A DNA stretch of 22,209 nt from Rotaria sordida (lineage: Eukaryota), in contig CAJNOH010000455.1 in the NCBI GenBank assembly GCA_905250005.1, positions 59,029 to 81,237 of the forward strand, written 5' to 3'. Both the position numbers and the translations under genes were made by a program. The notes beneath the pieces are model-generated. The model saw nothing but the letters and a program-made list of their open reading frames with translations, ran no database searches and was not told where the DNA came from. Below, piece by piece: positions 9,954-20,960 of this stretch. Position 1 is the stretch's first letter. Each line of letters starts with the position of its first letter.

Positions 9954-12900
9954 TGAGTAGCACAAATCTTATATTTCTAAAAGCCGATGAATTTGTAATT
10001 TAGATAATTCGATATGCGTATCAACTACTTCGCCATGCTAGTGTCAGAATTTGATATCAAAAAAAAAATCAAAGAATATCTAACTCTTTCAATACAGACT
10101 TGCACGATAACGTCACGACTCCGTCATTCAGTCGAGAAAACTTTGATTTTCTTTAAGAGACATCAGGATGTCCATCACTATATCTTATCCTGAATAACTC
10201 AGGTGCCATAGTGCTTTTCTCTAGTATTGTATCACTGAAAATGACTTCTGCCATTCACAGAAGCAAAACTCCAAAATACAGTCGATAGAAAAATTGTGAA
10301 GCTTGGCATTCTCTATTGATTAATATACATGATGTGCGTTTAACATTCAACTGATACTATAAGACCATGACAGGAATCAGCTAGAATATAAAAAAAAAGC
10401 TCGTGCCATCAACTTATTCTTCTTGAAGTGATATGATAGGTCTCTTCTTTTATGTTAATTCAATATATGTCTCATAGCAACAAAAATCTATTGATTCATG
10501 ATTAAAGAGTCTTGTCTTTGCCTTATTTTATGTTCGAAATCACTAAAATATTAATTGAATTCGAGATGGAAATTTTAGTGAAAAGTTCGGTCTTGTGGCA
10601 TCTAGAACTTGTTTTACATGAATATTCGATAAAAAATTATCTAACACAAAGAATAACAACTGTAACTCTTGCACTGCAACGAGTTTTGCAAACTGAGAAA
10701 TTTAATGAGAGAAAACTCGAATTGTGCGCAGTTTTCTTTCTCTATGGTATTGTAATTCAATATTTCATTTTGTCGAACTGATCGATTCGTTGATGATAAT
10801 GCATCATTACATCAGACAAATAATTATCAATTGATACTACGTTACAGAGTACAAGAAACTAAGGAAGATGTGTTTGTCAACGTACGTCATGTCTTGTCAT
10901 TGTTTTCTTGAAATGCAACCGTATAAAATTTGAGAATCTAAGACCTTTTCTTGATCAATGCTTACGACTTCAAACACGACCAAATAGGACAGGATTTACC
11001 TTATGTATACAACCGCTTCCTGCTATTAACGACCGCAAATATCTGTCATTAGGTATCTTGGTAGTGGCATATCAGAATTCTTCATTTGAGTTTCATTTGT
11101 GATCATAAATCATTGCAACCTCATCACTTTTCCTTGTTGAATATGTCGAACATTTTCACTTTACCACGCTCTTTTACTGACTGTTATACCTCTTCAAATT
11201 TCTTCTAGATGGTTCGTAACACAAAGTATAGGATATTGAAGAGTAATTCGTATTCTGATCGTTCTAAATTACATTCAAGCAGACGAAAAATGAAAAAGTG
11301 CGTGAAAATGCTTAGAACATGTCGATCGTTCTCCAATGTCAATTGTGGTTCCCGATTGCCACTCAAAGACATTCAAAAAAAAATACGGCATGAAAACGAT
11401 CACACCTCACATAATCTAAACGTTTTGACTACCTATGTGTTACAGATTTTTAGCCGTTTCTACACCTACTTTTTGTAAACATTTCTAACTTACAACCAGA
11501 GATCCCAATTAGCATTGTGAAATGTTCAGATTTTTCGTGCGCTTATATGTTTACAAAAATTAAACTTTTCTAACTGGGAATTGAAGATTGCGATAAGCGT
11601 CCTAAGACGATCTGATTTTTTGTGTGTGCGCACCCCCGACTTTTCCGCTCTATTTCTACACTTTTTCTAATTTGTTTTTTTATTCCGTGATTTTTTCACC
11701 GTTTAAACCATTCATGTAATAGTATTAAATGATACTATGATAAACAAACCTATCTTTTTACCCATTAACTTACATACAAATACATATAGCAATCTGTCTA
11801 ACTACCTATCCCATGCATGGACTATATATGTACAAATGTAACTACCTACTTAACTAATTATTCCTCCATACGTCTATCTAACTAAAGTCGATTTCAGATT
11901 TAAATATACCTCGATATTTTTATAATAAAGAACAAGAACTAGAGTTCGAGTTTTCACGACTATCTATAGTCGACATTGCTCTCTCTCTTTTTACACAGTC
12001 AAAAATGAATTCGCTCGCTTTTCATGTTGTACATACGACCAAATTTCAAGACGATCACTATTTGACTTAGATAAAATAGAAGCTTCCAAGTCCAAGTGTA
12101 ATAATATGATTAGAAATACCAACATCTCCTCTGTCAAGCAACACATGACTGAGATAACTAACTATTTTCATTCAAAAGTTATAAGAATTTTATTGAAGAC
12201 CTACATCTTAATTTTTCAACACTTGAAGTTATAAGAAATCTTTCTAAACATTATATTACACTTGAAAATACATATGTATCTCGGTCGGATGGAGACCATC
12301 TTCAATACTCACTGTGTATGTGGTAAGAAAAGCAACAGGATTTTCTGTTGATTATAGGTAATATCAGAGACCCCAAAACTGTTTAATTCTTGTTGTTTTA
12401 CAGTTATTCAAAAAATGTCTGTTGTCGCTTAACTCTGCAATACACATTAACTATCTATTTCACAATCTGTTAATCTTACTGTCTATCTACTTATCTACTA
12501 ACCTAACTATTTGCTTAAACATCTTCTTCATTAGATGTCTGACTATTCATCTAACTATATGTGTGTCGCATTATCCATCTCACTGTGCAATTAGCTAACT
12601 AGTTAGACGGTAAATATTAATTTGATTGACAGATAAAATGTCAAAGTATTAAAATGTCGTAAAAGCCAATAAGACAAAGTCAGGATGAAGACAGATAAGG
12701 ATGTTTTTCTTTCATATTTTTATCATATCGACCCATTGGTTTTTGACATCCTTACTTTCGATATTTAACTTTCGACATTGGTGGAGTAAATCTGTTTAAC
12801 TAGCTATATACTAACCTACTCGTCTATCAATCGATCTACATATATATCTTGTAATTATATCAATATTAACGTACTCTATTCGTTTATAGATCACTCTGTT

Positions 12901-13841
12901 TATCAAAGCAAAAAAGATGCCTTGGACAGGACATTGTGTAAGATTAGAAATAGAAAATACACAACACAAAAGATGCTGCGTGAAGAATAAATAGGCAAAT
13001 TGGGAATATAACAGATGAAATGGACAATCATGCAAACGATAAAATGAAGTGGAAAGGTTGTGACAATGAATGAAAGTTCAGAACAAGTTACGTTAATTAT
13101 TTAAAAAGACACACAGAGGACTAAACAGTTTCATATTCGTTATTGACTTTCCATTCTAGCTAAGAAATAGTCAAACTCAAATGTAAAAGAAAGAGAGAAA
13201 GAAAAGATATTTTAAACTCTAACACTAGAATGTTCTCTTTCAAATGTCTTCTCTTATTCTTCACTTTCACGGCCGATTATTATGAATATAAGTATGAGAA
13301 AAATAGAGAATAAAGTACCTAGATTACTTTATATAGATGTAACAATTCCATGAGTGTAGCTCTGAATAGAGAAATAAATTGTAAAAAGATTGATATGATA
13401 CGATAGCATATATCATGCATATTGTCATTATTATTAGAAACTAAATTGATGAAGATGAAACATGGAACGAGGTAGTTCTTCACTTCAACTAAATCCTTTA
13501 TCAATCGTTGGATTAATAAACATACTCTTTTTATCATTCTTTCTTTTATAAATAACTCTCTTTCTATTAAATAAATTTTCTATTCGTATCCTTAATAAAG
13601 TCAGTCTCTTTGCAGTTTATATGAAACATGAATGTGTATTGTTATCACAGTAGGAGAAATGTTATTAAAACACGCACAAAGTATTGACTTTGAATACATA
13701 TTGAAAAACACAGCGTGGAACTGTCAAGAACGTCAGTAGTTCACGCATTTGTATTATTACAAAAAAAAGATCATAGAAAAGCGCATGCGTTGAAACCGGC
13801 TAACCAATGATTTCACATTGTTAACAAAGTATTGTTCTATA

Positions 13842-14208
13842 CCCAGTCAGACAAAAATTTCGAAAAACGCGTTTAAACGCACAATCGGGAACCGCGACTG
13901 TGATCCATTCACGCTCATTAAAAAAACGCACGAAAACGCGTTTATTGGCGTTTTTTGTAATTTTTTGGGCATCAAAACGACGAAAATTCTAGTTTTTGAG
14001 TGTTAAAACGTATTGTTTTTAAGTTCTAGAATAATAGTGCGTTTTAACGCTCAAAAACTGGAATTTCCGCCGTTTTGACGCCCAGAAAGTTACAAAAAAC
14101 GCCAATAAACACGTTTTCGTGCGTTTTTTTAATGAGCGTGAATAGATCACAGTCGCGGTTCCCGATTGTGCGTTTAAACGCGTTTTTCGAAATTTTTGTC
14201 TGACTGGG
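13842..14208. mobile_element. Foldback MITE-like element, 367 bp, near-perfect full-length palindrome with TA flanks (Tc1/mariner-type candidate)
   Basis: Left end CCCAGTCAGACAAAAATTTCGAAAAACGCGTTTAAACGCACAATCGGGAACCGCGACTGTGAT is the reverse complement of the right end ATCACAGTCGCGGTTCCCGATTGTGCGTTTAAACGCGTTTTTCGAAATTTTTGTCTGACTGGG. Complementarity continues to the centre with a few mismatches and only a short loop. TA lies at 13840-13841 and 14209-14210. Confidence 0.85.
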
Positions 14209-16358
14209 TACTCATGCATTAAAACGCAAAAAAAAACAAGAGAATACACTAGATACTCAGTGTTATATAGAAATTATCAATAAAAAATTTTGTGTTGAGC
14301 AACTATTATTTTTGCTTAGTAAATTAAAAATTTATTTTACGTTGAAATTGAAGCATCAGTAACTAAATACTTTAGTTTGCTCATGTAAAAATTGATTTAC
14401 ACATTAAATGAATCGTACCTGTATCAGTAACCATTTCTATTTTTTTCAATGAGAACATTTTGATACAATTAGAAGAATGGTTGTCATTTCCTTTCCTTCT
14501 CTTTAAGATGTTGTTTTTCAAATGTTCTCTTCTCTTGATTTAGTTTAAGTATGTTTTTCTCTCATTATGTTTTCTTCCAAGTGTCATTGGTTTTTTTTAG
14601 AGCTTTGCAAGATAAACTCTTTTCGAGTCTCGAATCATGTTTGTTCTTTCTCATTTTGTTTCCAAAATTTTCTGATTCCGAACGTTCAGCAAAATGTGTC
14701 AAACAGAACTTTAGCTTTTTTTTAGTTCTTTCAGATATATATAGCTGTCGTTTGTAAAACAAAAAGACATGATTCACTATTGATCTGCTAGATCAATCAC
14801 CCCTTAACAATATTATATGTAATTTGATTTAAAAATAGTCACGGCATTGAAAGTTGTTGAGGTACCAGCTTATGTTTCTGACGAGGAGATAAATACAAAT
14901 GAAACTGTAAATAATGGAAACAAGAAACAAGTAAAAAAAAGAAAAAAGAAAACGGAATCGGATAAAAGAAATGATGCTTAACAATGCTAAAGGGGCTAAA
15001 GAGACAGTAATAAAAAGCATTACTGATGCAATAAACTTCTGTTAATCGTAATTATAATATTTTTATTCATATAAATTAATAAAAAACTGAACAAAAATAA
15101 ATTAAATACTGGGTTTCTTTTAACTAATTACCGAATTTTTCAAATTATTTACTATGCTAAAACTAATTTTTCTACTGAATAAAAATTATTGAGCATGTAA
15201 TAAAAAACATGCAGAGCATTCGTGATGAAATAATGAGTAATTACATGCAAGCCAAAAAATAATGATTAGATGTATATATAAATATATGCGTTTTTATATA
15301 TTACTCCTTATTTCGAAAGCGAAAACGGAAAAAAATTTTTATAATAGAAAGTGAATAGTTTAATCTGTTAAACACTTATAATCCTTCTTATTTTAGTGTC
15401 AGCACATCAAATTTGACAAAAAAAATTGACAATGGAAAAATCCGATTTATGGGCATTAACACGTTGAGTATTTAATACACTACTCTCGTTGATAAAAATA
15501 TCAAAGAAAAACCCATGACATTTAGACGTTTCAAGAACTTGCACTCGCGTGATAAGAAGTGAAGGTTAAAACGTTGAAAAAAAAATCAATATTCCAAACA
15601 TTTACGCGCTCAGTAGTACTGTTTAAGAAAATTTTAACCATAGTCACACCCATAAAAACCCAGATCTTCCGTGTTTACACGACCACTCTTTCCCACACGT
15701 GTTTTAACATTCGTAAAACCTCATAGATGAATGTTTCATGTATTATTCGATATTGAAGTTGATTGTGATTAATTTTTTGTTATATGAAACATATGTTATA
15801 ATAATCATGAAATAATCATTTTTTAATCAAAGAATTTATCAGCAAATAGGGATCAATTGTTTAATGGACATATGTTTGCATTAATAATCTATATTTTTTG
15901 TATTTATAATATATCTTAAGAAACTATGATATTATTATTAGTGTAGACTTGGAGCTGAGTTCACTATATGAATTATCATAGAACACATGAAACTCGTATA
16001 AAATTTCGTCCTACGTTTATTAAAGCTCCTATTCTACCCATATATTTGCATAGGACAATTCTCTTTTGACGAAGTTATCAATAGTAAATACATAGTTGTA
16101 AAGATACTATTTTAAATGTTTTTTTCAAGTATATTACTTGACTTTATGATGTTCGATAATTTCAAAATACATTGCAGAGCTGTGCCTGTGATTGATTTTT
16201 TTTTTATTTGTGCCATTAATTGTCCTATGGCCCTGATGGTTCTAAATGGACAGATGAGCTAGAAAACAAATACACAAGTGAAGCTAAGCCTTGAAATGAT
16301 ATGAACTGTGATGAATGCTCATATAATCGACTTAAAATTGGAAATGTCATATACGAAG

Positions 16359-16572
16359 AAAAATAAAATGAGATAAGAAGAGAGAGAAAAAGAAGCGAGA
16401 GCAAGAAACGAAACACAAAAAGAAATGCTAGGAAGACACAAGTAGCTATAAGCAGAAGAGGTGTAAACGAAAGGAAAAAGAACAAAATGAAGACCAGAGG
16501 GAAAGAGAAAAAAAAAGAAAAAAAAGAAACAAAGAAAAAGAAGGAAAAAGTAAAAGAACAAAGGAAGCGAGA
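16359..16572 (+). repeat. Polypurine-rich low-complexity tract
   Basis: Long A/G runs on + (aagaagagagagaaaaagaagcgagagcaagaaacg..., aggaaaaagaac..., gagggaaagagaaaaaaaagaaaaaaaagaaac...). Explains the F/S/L-rich minus ORFs at 16225..16584. Confidence 0.7.
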
Positions 16573-16698
16573 GGTAGTGCGCACTATTAAGCCATGATAT
16601 TTGAGTATTAGGAGATAAGCAATCCAGCCAAAAAATTGAAGCGCCTAATCAACGAGACTGTTCCATCACCAGTTATTAAAGTACATTCACTTGGACTA

Positions 16699-17340
16699 CT
16701 ACCGTTGTTCGACGCGAATCGGATCATTTAATGTACGTATCGTTGAATTAAATCTGTCGATTTGATCTTTCAACTGCTGCTCAGCACGCATTGTTTCATC
16801 GTCAATCGTAGTTCTATTATTATAGTTACACTTTTCCACCCATTCCCTAATGGACCTTGTTCGTGTTGTATTATTACCATCAAATTTGCGAATGAATTGT
16901 TTAAATCGAGGTAGGAAATACTTTTTATACAGTTTCATTATAATAATCATGAGAGCACCACCAGTAATTAGTTGCAGCAGCAATTCACGCTACGATTTAT
17001 GCGAACGATGAGCACGATAGACATGATTTTCGATTTCCTTTGTTTTTTCGACAACTTCCTTAATGTGGCTGGAGTTAGCAAAATTGTTAATAATAAATTC
17101 GAATTTATTTTCGATGCTCTTTAACTGATTATTTTGATTTACCAACGTATTGATTAAGCCCTGATTTTTATTTTGATTTCGTTGTCGACCATCATTTTCT
17201 TTTTCTTGTGCTTCCAGCGCTGATATTAAAATCTTGTCCAGTCTCGTACGATTGAGTAGTGTGTCCGAAATATCGTCTGCCGTACTTGGAACGACGAACG
17301 AAGCCATATTAACGAGGGGTATATGATAGAGCAGTGTCAT
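16699..17340 (-). CDS. 214-codon frame with one in-frame TAG (16990-16992): N-terminal coiled-coil-like half, C-terminal half beginning with a hydrophobic segment; unidentified, possibly pseudogene or spliced gene
   Basis: ORF 17340..16990 and ORF 16983..16699 are in the same frame (357 = 3x119), separated by TAG CGT GAA. First half: MASFVVPSTADDISDTLLNRTRLDKILISALEAQEKENDGRQRNQNKNQGLINTLVNQNNQLKSIENKFEFIINNF. Second half: LLLQLITGGALMIIIMKLYKKYFLPRFKQFIRKFDGNN. The second ORF's listed start is TTG, so it is probably not an independent gene. Confidence 0.4.
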
Positions 17341-17683
17341 TGTGACGAATATAGCGAGTAGATACAGTACGTGTTTATCGATGATGATGGTATTAGATTT
17401 GTGAGTAGGGATAATTGTTTAAGAGAGATAGAGAGAGTATGTTTGTATATTTCGCTTGATGATAAAATGTTTAAGGAGATACCATTAATGTAGGAGAATA
17501 AGTATACATATATTAAAAGTTTCCTTTTGTTCTATTCTCTTCATGGTTCTCCTCTCTTTCTCTCTCTCGCTGGATGACCTTTAATAGAGATAGTTACTTG
17601 AAACTTTCACGATATCGTGAAAAACAAAGAAGCTCTTCATCACTACAGTGAATCACTGAATCTGATGTCCCATGAGTTGCCAT

Positions 17684-17986
17684 TCATGCCATTGCTTGTT
17701 CTAGAACATCGATGTGTGGTACAAATCTTTTTGATCTTCGAAGACAACGAATTGCACATTCGCCCTCTTGCCATTGTGATCTATGTTCATTCAGTTCTGA
17801 TTGTTTCAATAATAGATATCTATCTATGGACTTCTCCAGGGCTTTTAAATATTTTTCCCAGTATGCATAGCAATAGTCATCTAGATGTTTTTCATTGTAA
17901 ATTGATGAAAACAATAAATATTCCCAGTATTGACAACGATATACAAGTTTTAAAAGTGTAAAATACAGATGATTAAGATTGGTGCA
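17684..17986 (-). CDS. Possible exon or ORF of unknown function
   Basis: Minus frame is open from about 17986 to the stop at 17684. It encodes ...LVYRCQYWEYLLFSSIYNEKHLDDYCYAYWEKYLKALEKSIDRYLLLKQSELNEHRSQWQEGECAIRCLRRSKRFVPHIDVLEQAMA, rich in W/Y/C and charged residues. It overlaps a 114-aa plus-strand ORF (17617..17961) of less protein-like composition. Confidence 0.3.
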   Translation of the reverse strand, partial: CTNLNHLYFTLLKLVYRCQYWEYLLFSSIYNEKHLDDYCYAYWEKYLKALEKSIDRYLLLKQSELNEHRSQWQEGECAIRCLRRSKRFVPHIDVLEQAMA

Positions 17987-18349
17987 CTATGAGTCTGTAT
18001 AAAGAAAACTCTAAGAAATGTTTGCCGACAGGAGATCTAAATGGTCTCTATCTATAATAAAAGTTTTAAAGAATTTACTTCTGCCATTAACGACAAATAG
18101 ACGTTACAATGTAAAAAAAATGAAATTCCGTAATACTAGACCACACCGATATATAACAAAACCATTAGTTTGACGATAAATTTTAGAGATAATAAAGTAG
18201 TCAAATATGATAATTACTCTAAAGATTGTGAAGATATAAAATGAAGTAATATTAGATAATAAACTCACCTAAAATTGTCTTTGATATTGTCATGCAGCGA
18301 TCTTTTCTTTAGATAAAATATTGTTCATTTGTTTTAATTTTTCGAAGAT

Positions 18350-19348
18350 TTATAAATCAAAAAGATTTTTTAATTGATCCAGTGTAGATTGTTCATTTTT
18401 ACGAAGATGACGAAGAAAATTCCCCATAGTAGAATGAGATGTATTGTAACAAGAATGTTGTGGTGTTAATTTATCAGGTAATATAGATATACATCGATGA
18501 ATATGATTAACAAATGTAATACGAACATCAGAAAGTATCAATGGTCCATCAGTTAAATCAATAGCTATATCTAAAGGTATTGATGAAAGTTCAAAAAAAT
18601 CATTTTCATATCCAGCAATTTGTTTTGTAGTTGTAATTAAAATATTCTGCCAGATATCGAAACCATTTTTTCATTGTCCCAAATTAAAGAGATGATGTTG
18701 AGTAGATGAATAAACAAGAGAAAATAGAAATATTAATCGAATTGATCCATATTTTGAATGCAATTTTCAAGAAGATGTTGTACACCAAAATAAGGGTATT
18801 CCTCCATATGTTCGATTAAATCGACCAGATATTTTAATTTTATTTTGATTAATCCATTGAAATAATTATTTAATATCTGTATCATGTTGAACAAAATCAA
18901 ATGAAATATTTTTAAAATAATTTATATTATAACTCACCATGCTTGTTTTATTCAAAATTTTAATCCAAATAGTGGATGAATAAGATTGGTTTTTAAAACG
19001 ATTTTTACATTGATTTAATAATGATATTAGATCAATTCCTGTCCATTTTTCACATTTTTTCTATTCTTCTAAATCTAAATTTGATCGAGAAAGATAAATT
19101 AAATGAGAAATAATATTCATATAATCATTTAATATAAGTCTTGTTTCATTTCTTAGAGAAGCACTTTCAAGTGCTAAAGCAAGTTGAATTTTATGACCAA
19201 TATAGATTTTTGGAAGGTTTTCAACAGCAATCAAAAGATCTACATAATATAATTTGATTTTCGATAAAGATTGATTAGAAACACAATGTATTGTAAATTT
19301 TTGAAGTGTTGATAGAAATGTAATTTCTTCTAATGTATTAATAGACAT
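18350..19348 (-). pseudogene. Single 333-codon frame interrupted by four in-frame stops; decayed or readthrough protein gene, family unidentified
   Basis: ORFs 19348..19061 and 18541..18350 are in the same frame (difference 807 = 3x269). The intervening sequence translates as KKCEKWTGIDLISLLNQCKNRFKNQSYSSTIWIKILNKTSMVSYNINYFKNISFDFVQHDTDIK*LFQWINQNKIKISGRFNRTYGGIPLFWCTTSS*KLHSKYGSIRLIFLFSLVYSSTQHHLFNLGQ*KNGFDIWQNILITTTKQIAGYENDFFELSSIPLDIAIDLTDGP. Stops: TAG 19061-19063, TAA 18866-18868, TGA 18767-18769, TGA 18671-18673. Confidence 0.6.
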
Positions 19349-20064
19349 TGAAAATTAACTTGTCAAATGAGAACTCAACGATGAATCTAAACTTCAACTG
19401 ATGCTCAATTCCTTTTTTTTTTTGTTATTTTACAACTTTTCTCATCATGTGTCGTTATTGCGAAATCAAAGGAAAAAAATTATGAAACAGGGAAAAATAC
19501 CTTCTGATTAAATATAATTCATCATGATTAAATAAATGGAGATTTGGAATATTTTTTTAGTTCGACAATTCTAATTCTTCAAATTTCTTAATTATATTCA
19601 GTTCCATAATTTTGTTGTAATCATCGTCGATGATTCATTTTATTCATCTTATGATTCATAGATCGATCGAACGTCATATTGAGTTGATGTTATATACTGA
19701 GTAATCTAACAGTGACGTTTTCGTTATATACATTTATTTTTCGTAAAATATTTTTTTCGAATTAAAAGCAAAAGTTTTCTTTCTTGACCAACTGTACCTG
19801 TCTTCTATAAATAAGATTTAAAAAAAAAATTTAATCATCATCTTATCCATATGACATATCAAATAAAATTGAATATTTTCTCGATTATTTTTAAGAAAAA
19901 CTTTCTAATGAGCTTTTAAAAGAATCTTGATTTAATTATTTATTAATGTTCTAGAATCTTGTTCGGCGCATAAAAAATGATTTATTTTAGTGTGTAAAAT
20001 ACTTTCATGTTCATAATAATGACGGCCTTTTGTTTTTCATCGTTTGCGGTGATATCGATGTTGA

Positions 20065-20259
20065 GGTTCAATAGGATTAATCCATTTTGTTACATTCCAA
20101 GATGCTCGAGAATATGATGGTGGTTCTGAAACAACAACGATATATATTTATGATGATGATGTAACAATATCTCCATTATGGCTCCACCAAACGGACTCAT
20201 TTTTTTACCAAGGATACAGACATGTTCACATTCCAAATTCATATGAACGAGGTCAGTGA
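20065..20259 (+). CDS. Candidate short exon below the ORF-track cut-off; function unknown
   Basis: Plus frame reads GSIGLIHFVTFQDAREYDGGSETTTIYIYDDDVTISPLWLHQTDSFFYQGYRHVHIPNSYERGQ*. The composition is strongly protein-like. A GT donor-like site occurs at 20251 (gaacga|ggtcagtgag) and an acceptor-like ttgttcacag near 20310-20320. Confidence 0.3.
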   Translation, partial: GSIGLIHFVTFQDAREYDGGSETTTIYIYDDDVTISPLWLHQTDSFFYQGYRHVHIPNSYERGQ

Positions 20260-20586
20260 GAACCTTTGTTAAATACCACTATTGATTTCAAGAAGAAAAT
20301 TTTACTTGTTCACAGGTAGGACCAAACAGATAAATGTATGATTTACTTGTCTAAACGAAAATCTATACATTTTATTTTTATATGTATTTACCAGTAAATA
20401 CATGCACGTGAATGGTCACGTGTACAGATATATTGCCGTAAGTTTACATTGAATAATCATAATGATGACTACTTCATGCTATACATTCAGAAAATCAGAC
20501 AATTTAGCTATGGGATTCTTGTTCGATCGCGTTTTTCGAGACTGACCTCACTGAATAAAATGTCTTTGCGATCTAGAGAATGCCTG

Positions 20587-20960
20587 TAGGTGTTCGGGTA
20601 CGTTTAGATGTGCGTGTGTTTGAGTAGTGTGTTAGTACGGTCATGTGTGAATTTGGGTTAGGATGTCAGTGTACTCAGTAGTGTAAGTGTGGCGATGGAT
20701 CACTTATGGTGAGGATGTAGATGTGCGTGTGTTGAAGTGGTGTTTTAGTTTGACGATGGGGAGGATTTGGGTTTGGTTGTGTTTGAGTATTGTGTGGGTA
20801 TGGTACTGGATGGATTTGAGTGAGGATATGACATTGTTTGTTTGGTATTTGGGTGCCGCATTGAGTGGATTTCGTGTTAGGATGTGGGTGTGTTTGAGTG
20901 GCGCCTTAATGTGGTGGTGAATGGATTTATGGACGTGAATGTAGATGTGGTTGTTATTGG
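20587..20960. repeat. G/T-rich strand-asymmetric degenerate minisatellite block
   Basis: About 370 bp with almost no C on the + strand. Recurring variants include tgtgcgtgtgtttgagtagtgtg, agatgtgcgtgtgttgaagtggtgt, ggttgtgtttgagtattgtgtg and tgggtgtgtttgagtggcg, mostly 50-60 bp or a multiple apart. The ORFs 20687..20920 (+) and 20704..21153 (-) fall wholly or partly on it and are probably artefactual. Confidence 0.6.

Noticed and set aside
10512-11478. Three consecutive plus ORFs (89, 64, 89 aa) as a possible gene
   Set aside because: The first ORF starts with TTG, no convincing connecting splice sites were found, and no recognisable domain is present.
13818-14249. ORFs 13818..14006 (+) and 14019..14249 (-) containing similar peptides
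   Set aside because: They are mirror translations of the two arms of the palindromic MITE-like element, not genes.
16225-16584. 119-aa and 80-aa minus ORFs rich in Phe/Ser/Leu
   Set aside because: Translation of a polypyrimidine tract; low complexity without domain character.
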